From Mycobacteriales bacterium (GTDB taxonomy: Bacteria; Actinomycetota; Actinomycetes; JAFAQI01), in the NCBI GenBank assembly GCA_035545175.1, contig DASZYY010000258.1, positions 1-43,310 of the forward strand: a stretch of 43,310 nucleotides of DNA, read 5' to 3'. The notes below the pieces were generated by a model. That model did no database searches. It was not told the DNA's origin and saw only the letters and a program-made list of their open reading frames with translations. A program made the translations under genes and the position numbers. Below are positions 9,002-16,456 of this stretch, piece after piece; within the stretch, counting starts at the first letter, position 1, and every line of letters starts with the position of its first letter.

Positions 9002-10309
9002 TCAGCTCTTGTGGTGATGGTGCCGGTGGTGGTGGTGGACCTTCGGCTCCACGTAGGAGATGCCGAGGCCGACCGGCATCGGGCGCTCCTCCCCGTCCGC
9101 CGGGTACGTACGCTGCGTCATCACACCCGAGCTCGGCAGCTTCGCCAGCATCTCGGTCGAGCCTGACCCGTCGGCGTCGAACGCGCGGTCGACGCCCAGC
9201 TGAGCCATGAAACCCGACATCTGGTTGTTGTCGAGACCGTGGATGTTGGTGCCGGGGTGGTCCTCGACCTCGCCGATCACGAACGTCTTGCCGTTGTCGG
9301 CGATGCCGTAGGCCGTGCGAGCGGGCTGGGTGGTGTTCGCGCTGTTGCAGGACATGTCGTTGCGGGTCTGCCCCTTGTGTTGCACGACCTCGGCGCCCAC
9401 GCCGTACGCCTCGACGAACGGCTGCTTGGTGGTGGTCCGCACCTTGCCGGCGAGCCCGGTCGTGGTGCCGGACGCGAGTGACGACAGCCAGTGCGTGGCG
9501 GACTGACCGTGAGCCGCCACGACGAAGCCGCCTTGCGGGACCGTCGCGAGGCGAGCGTTCGATCCCAGCTTCGAGCCGATTACCGGCCGGGCATCGGCTT
9601 GCCAGCCGCTCGGCACCTGACGGCCGCCCCACGCCGAGTTGTAGGCGACGAGACCACCGTTGGTGGCGCCCTGGTTCACGCCTGAGATCCCGTAGGACTG
9701 CTTGCCGGCGAACAGGGTCGCGGCGAGATGCACGACGCCGGTCTGGATTGCGCCGGCGGCGTTGAAGCCGACCACCCGCTGGCGGCGGTTCGACATGACG
9801 AGTGGTTGCGACTTCACGATCAGCGGCTGGGTCGGCGCGCCGGTGTTGAAGTCGAAGTAGCCGGTGTTGACGGCGGCGACCAGGTGCGGGTGTCCGGCGG
9901 CGAGGCGGCTCAGCGGGGTGCGCTGGGCGACCTTGCGCATCAGGGGCTGGAAGGAGACACCGGGCTGCCCGACGGTGATGCGCAGAACGTGCATCTTCAC
10001 CACGCCGCGGCTGTCGTTCTTGCTGCCCTCCGACAACATCACGCCGGGAGCGAGCTTGTGGGTGTGCCACGTCGTACCGGCCACCAGCGTCTCGGCGGCT
10101 GGGCAGTCATGGCCCCAACGGCTTCCCGCAGCTTGAGCGAGCGGCGCGGTCGCAAGCCCGGCGCCGAGCGAAGCGACGGCGCCGAGGACGACGACACGAA
10201 AGGGTTGGGCTCCCACAATGCGAGATATCGGATTTCCAGGATCCCGGACACGGGCATGTCGGACATGTCCCGGAAGGATCACTCCAACGGCGTAGGAGCA
10301 AACGGTCAA
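9002..10309 (-). CDS. Secreted phosphodiester glycosidase family protein (NAGPA/DUF2233-like) with a His-rich C-terminal tail
   Basis: The central and C-terminal region (NTGYFDF.TG.P, TAYGIADNGKTFVI.EV.D, GL...Q...FM..LG...A...DGSGST.M) is typical of the phosphodiester glycosidase family. The signal peptide is FRVVVLGAVASLGAGLATAPLAQAA. The likely true start is GTG at 10216. The protein ends KVHHHHRHHHHKS. Confidence 0.7.
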   Translation of the reverse strand: MTVCSYAVGVILPGHVRHARVRDPGNPISRIVGAQPFRVVVLGAVASLGAGLATAPLAQAAGSRWGHDCPAAETLVAGTTWHTHKLAPGVMLSEGSKNDSRGVVKMHVLRITVGQPGVSFQPLMRKVAQRTPLSRLAAGHPHLVAAVNTGYFDFNTGAPTQPLIVKSQPLVMSNRRQRVVGFNAAGAIQTGVVHLAATLFAGKQSYGISGVNQGATNGGLVAYNSAWGGRQVPSGWQADARPVIGSKLGSNARLATVPQGGFVVAAHGQSATHWLSSLASGTTTGLAGKVRTTTKQPFVEAYGVGAEVVQHKGQTRNDMSCNSANTTQPARTAYGIADNGKTFVIGEVEDHPGTNIHGLDNNQMSGFMAQLGVDRAFDADGSGSTEMLAKLPSSGVMTQRTYPADGEERPMPVGLGISYVEPKVHHHHRHHHHKS

Positions 10310-10354
10310 ACCGGGGCGAGCCCGGCCTCAGCAGGGTCTTCGCCGTCGACCCGT

Positions 10355-12817
10355 CTACGGGCGAGTGAACGGTGTGACGACGGCGGCGGCGATCGGCAGC
10401 AGGTAGGAACGCGCTGCTTGGTCGCCGACGTTGCCGACTCCGGGGGGCAGGATCAGCTGGTAGTCCGCCGCGTCGACCTCGTCGACGGCGGTGGTCTGGT
10501 CGGCGTTGTCGCTCTCAGCGAGGAACAGCATGTGCTGGCCGTGCGTCGCCACGTCGCCCTGCAGGTACCGAACGTCGCCCTGTGGGCTGAAGCTCCGATC
10601 CGGCGCGGGGTCGGGTGACTGCACCTTCTTGGACGCGTCGAACGTCGCCGTGCCGGGGATGTTGTACGGCGTGCCGTCGGCGTTGTGGTTCCAGCACCGG
10701 CGCTGGTAGGTGGCGTTTCCGCGATAGACCTTCCCCGCGAGGCGCACTGTGCCGTGGAAGCGGTCGGCCGCGGCCGGCGCCGGCGTCTGCGCGACGGGCT
10801 TGCCGTCGACGTCGGCGAATCCCCATGTGGTCGGCTCGTCGGCGCTGCGCAGCTGGATGTGCGGTCCAGGGTTCGCACCGGTGCCGTCGTCGAAGCACGA
10901 GTCATCGACGTAGTACGGCTGCGCCACGACGATTCCCTGCGCGTCGCCCGCGGACAGCGGCTGGTTCTGCGACAGCCCCCACTTCTCTACCAGCGTTCCG
11001 GCCGGGCCGGTCATCTCCTCCCACGACAGCGCCTCAGGGGCCACGCCCGAGTACGTCACGTCGGGAAGGTTGAACGAGTCGTAGATGCAGGCGTCGGAGG
11101 TGCACTTCTCGTTGTCCGGGTTGCCGACCGTCAGTGGCTTGCCGCCGGTCACCTGGCTCTCGACCCGCCCGACCTTGTCGTTGCTCGACTCCGAGATCCC
11201 GTCCGGTCCGATGTGTGCATTGGTGTCGCCGTACAGCACCGGGTTGATGCCCTCGACGGGCACGCCCTTCGGGTTGTACGGGTTGTAGTACCGCGTGATC
11301 TGACCCGCGGCCATGTCCCACTGCGAGTAGATGCCGTCGAGCGGCGGGATCGGGTGCACCCGCACGCCGAAGTCATGGACGATCGAGTAGGCGTAGAAGA
11401 TGTCGGTGCGCGTGACGTTGGTGCCGGAGTCCGACCCCCAGGTCACCCGGATGTCGCGGACCGGCCCGCGCCGAATCCCCATCGTGATCGACGAACCGCC
11501 CCAGTTGTTCTGCTCGTCCTCGTAGCCGCAGCACGGGGTGTTGCCGCCCGGGGACTGCTGGAAGGCGCGTGCCTTGAACCGATCGATGATGCTCGGTCCA
11601 TAGTTGTGCTTGGTGAAGCCGCTGTCGTTGCTCGAGATCTGCAGGTCATCCATCAACCAGCGACCGTCGTAGCGGAACCGGTAGCGGGGTGTCGTCACCG
11701 TCGCGTTGTCGATAGTGCGGCGCTGCACGTAGGTCGTCGGGTCGAGCACGACGTCGTGGTGGGTGTTGTAGCGGAAGCCTTGCCCGATCACGGCCTGGCC
11801 GTCGGGCGTGCACACCGGGCCGTAGCGCGCGTTGCCGTAGTCACCGTACGAGCTCTGCGAGTAGACGAGGGTGTTCGCGTCCGTGTCGGGCGTGTATCGA
11901 ACGTACGGCGAGTTGTGCGCCGTGTAGCGCATCGGCACCGCCCACGATCCGCTCTTCTTCCCCGGGGCCGACTGCATGACGTAGGCGTAGCGGGACTTGC
12001 CGGTTGCGGGATCGACCACTTCGACCTGGTTCGCCGAGACGATGCCGCGCGGGAGCTTCGCGGACAGCGGAGCCTGCGCGCCGGCGTCCCGAGCCATGAA
12101 CGCGAGCTGGTCGCTGTTGATGAGCCCGGTGTTCGGGTCGGGCGTCGGATCCGGGACGCCGGCGGGTGCCTTCGCCTTGCAGACGATCCCGGCTTGCCGT
12201 AGCTGGTGCGGGCCGGGCGGAATGCAGCCCGGAGTGGCGACGCCCTTGCCCGCCCTGCACCGAGCCGGCAGCGCGTGGTTGCTGTACTCGACGAACGGCT
12301 GGTAGTCGAACTTGTAGGTCAGGAACTCGTCGGTGCCGGAGTAGACCGAGAATCCGGAGGCGTTGTTCGAGATGTAGTGGTTCCACATCGGGTCGACCTG
12401 GAACGGGATCTGCACGAAGCGCTTGCCGTTCCACGAGTAGCCGCGGAGGCTGCCAACCGCCACGCCGTGAAGAGCTGTGCGAACCGGCAGCTGACTGTTC
12501 TGGAAGCAGCTGTGGTCGTTGTGGAACTTGTCGACGTACCCGTTGACGTCCGGCTTCGGGCTCGCCTGGTAGCAGTCGCTTCGCAGCGGCGCCGGTAGGT
12601 ACTGCTGGGTGTTCTCCACGCCGTAGTAGTTCGGTGGCTGAGGCACCCGCGCGGTGACCTCAGGTCCGCCGGACCACGCCGGAAAGTCGGCGCCGGTGAG
12701 GACGACGGGCTGCGTCGCGAAGCTGGAGACGTCGACCGCTGCTCTGGTCGCGCTCCGGTTCGCCGGATGGATCAGCGAAGCGATGAGGGCGAGCACGAGT
12801 GCAAGAAGCTTCAGCAC
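10355..12817 (-). CDS. Large exported protein of unknown function (820 aa)
   Basis: The GTG start gives signal peptide (M)LKLLALVLALIASLIHPA. It is a long uninterrupted ORF with normal Trp/Tyr/Asn/Cys-rich composition, unlike the Arg/Pro-rich shadow ORFs on other frames. I recognise no catalytic or domain motif. Confidence 0.75.
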   Translation of the reverse strand: MLKLLALVLALIASLIHPANRSATRAAVDVSSFATQPVVLTGADFPAWSGGPEVTARVPQPPNYYGVENTQQYLPAPLRSDCYQASPKPDVNGYVDKFHNDHSCFQNSQLPVRTALHGVAVGSLRGYSWNGKRFVQIPFQVDPMWNHYISNNASGFSVYSGTDEFLTYKFDYQPFVEYSNHALPARCRAGKGVATPGCIPPGPHQLRQAGIVCKAKAPAGVPDPTPDPNTGLINSDQLAFMARDAGAQAPLSAKLPRGIVSANQVEVVDPATGKSRYAYVMQSAPGKKSGSWAVPMRYTAHNSPYVRYTPDTDANTLVYSQSSYGDYGNARYGPVCTPDGQAVIGQGFRYNTHHDVVLDPTTYVQRRTIDNATVTTPRYRFRYDGRWLMDDLQISSNDSGFTKHNYGPSIIDRFKARAFQQSPGGNTPCCGYEDEQNNWGGSSITMGIRRGPVRDIRVTWGSDSGTNVTRTDIFYAYSIVHDFGVRVHPIPPLDGIYSQWDMAAGQITRYYNPYNPKGVPVEGINPVLYGDTNAHIGPDGISESSNDKVGRVESQVTGGKPLTVGNPDNEKCTSDACIYDSFNLPDVTYSGVAPEALSWEEMTGPAGTLVEKWGLSQNQPLSAGDAQGIVVAQPYYVDDSCFDDGTGANPGPHIQLRSADEPTTWGFADVDGKPVAQTPAPAAADRFHGTVRLAGKVYRGNATYQRRCWNHNADGTPYNIPGTATFDASKKVQSPDPAPDRSFSPQGDVRYLQGDVATHGQHMLFLAESDNADQTTAVDEVDAADYQLILPPGVGNVGDQAARSYLLPIAAAVVTPFTRP

Positions 12818-12852
12818 CTAACCGAAGTTCGCCGTGACTGGTGCCGGCACCT

Positions 12853-13728
12853 TCACCCGCGGCGGGCGGTCCGCCATACCGAGAGCAGCAGCACGACGGC
12901 GGCGACCATCGCGGAGATCAGGATCACGTCGCGGAGCGGGTGGTCGTGGTCGACGGCCGGCGCGGACTGGGCGCTCGGGGTCGGTGACAGCGAGCCCGGT
13001 GTGCTGCGCGGTGGCTGGCTCGATCGCGGTGACGGTGTCTTCGTGGTCCGCGGGTAGCTGATCGGGTGTGACGTGGGGGAGTCCGCCGCGGCAGTCGGGT
13101 GCTTGGTGGTACCCGCGGTCGGGTGGTGAGAGGGGCCGACCCGCCCGTGCGTGGCGTCGACCGACGGATGCGGGGTGGGGACCATCCGCACGTCAGCCGA
13201 CGTGGGCGGCGCGAACGCCACCGAGAAGGTCGTTGAGGTCGCGTTCGGATCCGGCACCAGGACGATGCCCTGCTGCGCCTCTTCGGCGGGGAAGACGATC
13301 GTCATCTTGGTGCCGCCGTCGCTGAACGCGCCCTTTGCCGGCGTTGTGGTCGCCCGGTATGACGGCCGGGCCGACCAGGGCTGCGGGCCGCCGGTCTGCC
13401 AGCCGCTGGTGGCGGGGTAGCCGACAACCGCGGGCGTGCCGACCCGCTCCTGGTTGGAGACCTTGAGGGTCAGGCTGATGTAGGCGATCTGGTCCACGAC
13501 CGGGAACCGGATCGCCGACTCGGCTTGTGGGCCACTCGGCGACGATGCGACGTAAACCCCGTCGGCGGGCACCCCGGGGACCGGGATCAGCCCGGAGACC
13601 GGCTCCGGGACCCACCAGTAGCCGGCCTGTGGTGAGCCGGCCGGTGCGCCGACGGCGGTGCCGAGCAGCACCGAGGGCAGCAGACAGGCTGCCGCCACGG
13701 CGCCCCACCATCGCCGGCGTGCGATCAC
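12853..13728 (-). CDS. Exported, C-terminally membrane-anchored protein with a Pro/Thr/Ser-rich stalk
   Basis: The signal peptide is RRRWWGAVAAACLLPSVLLGTAVGAPA. It is followed by a beta-rich domain of about 170 aa and a PTS-rich linker (HPTAGTTKHPTAAADSPTSHP...PSPRSSQPPRSTPGSLSPTPS). The C-terminal TM helix is VILISAMVAAVVLLLSVW with an RTARRG tail. There is no LPXTG or LAXTG motif. Confidence 0.65.
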   Translation of the reverse strand: MIARRRWWGAVAAACLLPSVLLGTAVGAPAGSPQAGYWWVPEPVSGLIPVPGVPADGVYVASSPSGPQAESAIRFPVVDQIAYISLTLKVSNQERVGTPAVVGYPATSGWQTGGPQPWSARPSYRATTTPAKGAFSDGGTKMTIVFPAEEAQQGIVLVPDPNATSTTFSVAFAPPTSADVRMVPTPHPSVDATHGRVGPSHHPTAGTTKHPTAAADSPTSHPISYPRTTKTPSPRSSQPPRSTPGSLSPTPSAQSAPAVDHDHPLRDVILISAMVAAVVLLLSVWRTARRG

Positions 13729-13739
13729 GCCACAAGTGT

Positions 13740-15380
13740 CTAGTGAGAACGGGCTTCTGCGCGACCGGGGCGGCCATTTCCCTGCCGGGAAGGCGCTCGG
13801 GGTGCGATTCGCACCGCGAGCATCGCCACATCATCCCGCCGTGCGGCCGGTCGCATAGTGTCGAGCAGGCGGTCGCAGAGCTGATCGGCGCTCGAGTCAC
13901 GCGCCGCGGCGCCGGTGGCGAGCTTGAGATCACCCACCAGCTCGGTCATCGACTGGCCGGGAGTCTCGATGAGCCCATCGGTGTAGAGCAGCAGCGTCGA
14001 CCCGGTGGCGACCCGCATCGAGTGCTCAGCCCTCGCTTCGCCGTCTGTCAGGACGCCGAGCAGCAGCGAGCTTGCGTCATCCAGCTCGATCACGTCCCCG
14101 GCGGCGGCGTGCAGAAGCGGCGGCGGGTGACCGGCGTTGGCGAAGACCAGCTCGCGTGAGCCGTCCTCGGCAGCCGGACCGAGCACGCCGTAGAAGACGG
14201 TGACGAGGCGGTCGGTCTCCAGCGAGCGAACCAGATGATCAAGGCGGTCGAGCACGGCGCCTGGTGCCTCGCCGACCAGCGCGTGCGCGCGAAGGGCGGT
14301 CTGCACCCGCGACATCAGGACAGCCGCATCGATGTCGTGTCCGACCACGTCGCCGACCGCAAGACCGATGTGGCCGTTGTCGAGCTCGAACACGTCGTAC
14401 CAGTCGCCGCCCACCTCCTGGTCCGCGGCACCGGGCAGGTAGCGGGCCGCGACGTCAAGGTCGGCGACCTCCGGCAGGGAAGGCAGCAGGCTGCGCTGGA
14501 GGCTCTCCGCGATCTGGTGCTCGCTGCGGTAGAGGGCAAGCGCGCTGCGCCGGCGGCGCGCCTCGATCTCGACGATCGTCGCGACCAGTACGGCGAGCAG
14601 GACGCCGCCGGCAAGTGCGAACCACTCCGCGTACGCGGTGGTGCTGCCGACAAGTGGGTGTTCGGCGCTGACCTGCAGCGACCACGTGCCAGTGCCGGCA
14701 GCAATCGGCAGGAGGTAGACGTTGCCCCGCAGTGGGAGGTCAGCGGTGGTCGTCACCAGTGCCTGCGAAGGGACTGGCCGGGGAGCGTCGTACAGCACGA
14801 CGCGCAGCTCGTTGAACGGCGAGGTGCCGGCTTGTTCCGGCGGGCCCAGGGCACCGAGCGCGATCTGCAGGTAGAGCACCGAGCCGGTCGGAGCCTTCGG
14901 TGGCCCGATGGCGAAACCCAGGTGGCGATCTTCGCCGGACCCCATCACCTCGGTCGGCACCAGCTGGCCGGCTCGAGCGCTACGACTGAGCGTTCCGGCC
15001 AGCGATCCGGAGATGGTCTGGCCGATCCGGAAGCCGTGGCCCTTGGCGAGCTCGACTTGGTATCCCGTCGCGGATCGGCGGAGCAGGGCGATCGAGTCCC
15101 GCCCCTTCGATCCGGCCACGAGCGCCGCGCTCGCCCGGTTGAACGCAGCCGGGTCATCGTGGGTGGCGCGAAGCACGCCGGCCACGGTGTCGAGCTGGTG
15201 GGACAGCGACTCGATGGCTTGGGTGAACACCAAGCCGACTTCGTTCGAGCGTTCCTTGAGTAGCCGGTTCTCCTGGTTGTGGACCGTGTTGCGCACCGTC
15301 AAGGTGACGACCCCGGTGACGATGAGGAGCACCGAGAGCGTGGCAGCGCTCAGCCAGCCCAGCCTCTTACGACGCTGCAT
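13740..15380 (-). CDS. Membrane-bound sensor PP2C (SpoIIE/RsbU-type) serine/threonine phosphatase
   Basis: Two TM helices (residues about 9-28 and about 262-282) flank an extracytoplasmic domain of about 230 aa. The C-terminal part is a PP2C domain: SLLP..P......A.RY.P......VGGDWYDV..L..G...L.VGDV.GH...AA..M, FANAGHPPPLL and LLLYTDGL.E. Confidence 0.9.
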   Translation of the reverse strand: MQRRKRLGWLSAATLSVLLIVTGVVTLTVRNTVHNQENRLLKERSNEVGLVFTQAIESLSHQLDTVAGVLRATHDDPAAFNRASAALVAGSKGRDSIALLRRSATGYQVELAKGHGFRIGQTISGSLAGTLSRSARAGQLVPTEVMGSGEDRHLGFAIGPPKAPTGSVLYLQIALGALGPPEQAGTSPFNELRVVLYDAPRPVPSQALVTTTADLPLRGNVYLLPIAAGTGTWSLQVSAEHPLVGSTTAYAEWFALAGGVLLAVLVATIVEIEARRRRSALALYRSEHQIAESLQRSLLPSLPEVADLDVAARYLPGAADQEVGGDWYDVFELDNGHIGLAVGDVVGHDIDAAVLMSRVQTALRAHALVGEAPGAVLDRLDHLVRSLETDRLVTVFYGVLGPAAEDGSRELVFANAGHPPPLLHAAAGDVIELDDASSLLLGVLTDGEARAEHSMRVATGSTLLLYTDGLIETPGQSMTELVGDLKLATGAAARDSSADQLCDRLLDTMRPAARRDDVAMLAVRIAPRAPSRQGNGRPGRAEARSH

Positions 15381-15419
15381 TTCACCCCCGTGATGATGTC
15401 AGGCGTAGGCCAGTACACA

Positions 15420-16412
15420 TCATTTGTCCGGTTCGCCGGCGCTCACGCGGTCCAGTTCACCCGCAAGGACCATCGAGAAGGTCATGACCGGGGGTGGGGG
15501 GGCACCTCGACTAGCGGCGCGCAGGCGGTCGACGAGCGCTCGCACGTACCACTCCCGGAACAGTCGATGCGACGGCGGCGCCGCGATGGTCAGCAGCCGG
15601 GCTGACCGGGCCCGGCGATCGGCCTCGTCGACGGCGGCGAGGTAGCGCAGCCCGGCGGTCGCGGCGGACACCGGCAAGTGCAGCGTCAGATTGGTGAAGA
15701 CGTCGCCGCGGCGGGCAGCCTCGATGGCCTGGCGCTTGATCTCGTTGCGAGCCTCGGAGAAGTCCTCGGTCACCCGCCCCAACAGGCCGATCGTTTCCGA
15801 CCCAAGCTCGCTCGTCTCCTCAGAAGGCGCCTGCATGAGCGCGATCTCGCGAACGATGTTGTCGATGTGCGCCTTCGCGGCGACCAACAGCTCGGTCGGC
15901 ACCCAGCCCAGCTCGATCTCGTAGCGGGGAGATGGGTCGAGCTCGCGCCATCTGGCGCGGGCTGATTCGAAATCGCTGCGGCGGCGCCGTTGGCTGGTTC
16001 GCCGCCGCGGTCGTCCCAGCTCTGCCCACACGAGCTTTCCGTCGTCTGCCGGCTCGACGCCCCAGCTGTTCGCCAGGGATTCGATGACGGCGAGCCCGCG
16101 ACCCGTCATTCCTTCGGTCGTGCCGCGGCCACGCACGGGGACTGCGCGGCCACCGTCGACGACCTCGACGCGCACCCGGTCTCGCCGGCCGTGCAGCCGG
16201 AAGCAGATGGGCGGTGCGCCGTGCAAGACCGCGTTGGTCACGAGCTCGGTGACCACGAGCTCAGCGTCGGCAGCCAGGTTGTCGGGCAGGCCTTTGAGCG
16301 TGGCCGAGGTAAGGCGGCGTGCGGCTCTGACCCCGTCGAGCCCTGGGTTCACCAGGAGCTCGGCTGACTTCGCCACCGACCGCCCCGTCTCTTCGAGTAC
16401 CGGAGGAGGCAT
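15420..16412 (-). CDS. RsbW-like HATPase (anti-sigma-factor-type Ser kinase) fused to an uncharacterised C-terminal domain of about 200 aa
   Basis: Start chosen at ATG 16412, after the upstream gene's stop at 16457. The N-terminal third has an N-box (ELVTNAVLHG) and a G-box (GRGLAVIESLANSWGV), as in RsbW/SpoIIAB-type kinases. The remaining sequence (YEIELGWVP...LRYLAAVDEADRRARSARLLTIAAPPSHRLFREWYVRALVDRL) is a domain I cannot name. Confidence 0.72.
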   Translation of the reverse strand: MPPPVLEETGRSVAKSAELLVNPGLDGVRAARRLTSATLKGLPDNLAADAELVVTELVTNAVLHGAPPICFRLHGRRDRVRVEVVDGGRAVPVRGRGTTEGMTGRGLAVIESLANSWGVEPADDGKLVWAELGRPRRRTSQRRRRSDFESARARWRELDPSPRYEIELGWVPTELLVAAKAHIDNIVREIALMQAPSEETSELGSETIGLLGRVTEDFSEARNEIKRQAIEAARRGDVFTNLTLHLPVSAATAGLRYLAAVDEADRRARSARLLTIAAPPSHRLFREWYVRALVDRLRAASRGAPPPPVMTFSMVLAGELDRVSAGEPDK

Positions 16413-16456
16413 GCCCGCTCGGCCACGCTCAAACGCACCCGTTTGGAGTAATCCCT

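Noticed and set aside
9011-9037. The His-run as an engineered affinity tag or vector contamination
   Set aside because: It is interrupted by Arg, followed by Lys-Ser, and embedded in native-looking sequence. A convergent chromosomal gene lies 4 nt away, and there are no linker, protease-site or vector motifs.
8832-10070. A 412-aa minus-strand ORF overlapping the phosphodiester glycosidase in another frame
   Set aside because: Its composition is extremely Arg/Pro-rich (RRRR, PRRR runs). The alternative frame (9002-10309) encodes a coherent signal peptide and family motifs.
7921-10309. Possibility that the methyltransferase is part of a restriction-modification or other defence island
   Set aside because: The flanking genes are exported-protein genes, one encoding a hydrolase. 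No endonuclease-like, helicase, ATPase, integrase or transposase ORF is adjacent, and I saw no compositional break.
10685-12202. A 505-aa plus-strand ORF opposite the 820-aa gene
   Set aside because: It is a Val/Arg/Asp/Gly-rich shadow translation with no signal or motif. The minus-strand frame has a proper signal peptide and balanced composition.
12853-13100. A sortase (LPXTG/LAXTG) sorting signal in the 291-aa protein
   Set aside because: The hydrophobic helix and basic tail are present, but no LPXTG-like pentapeptide precedes them.
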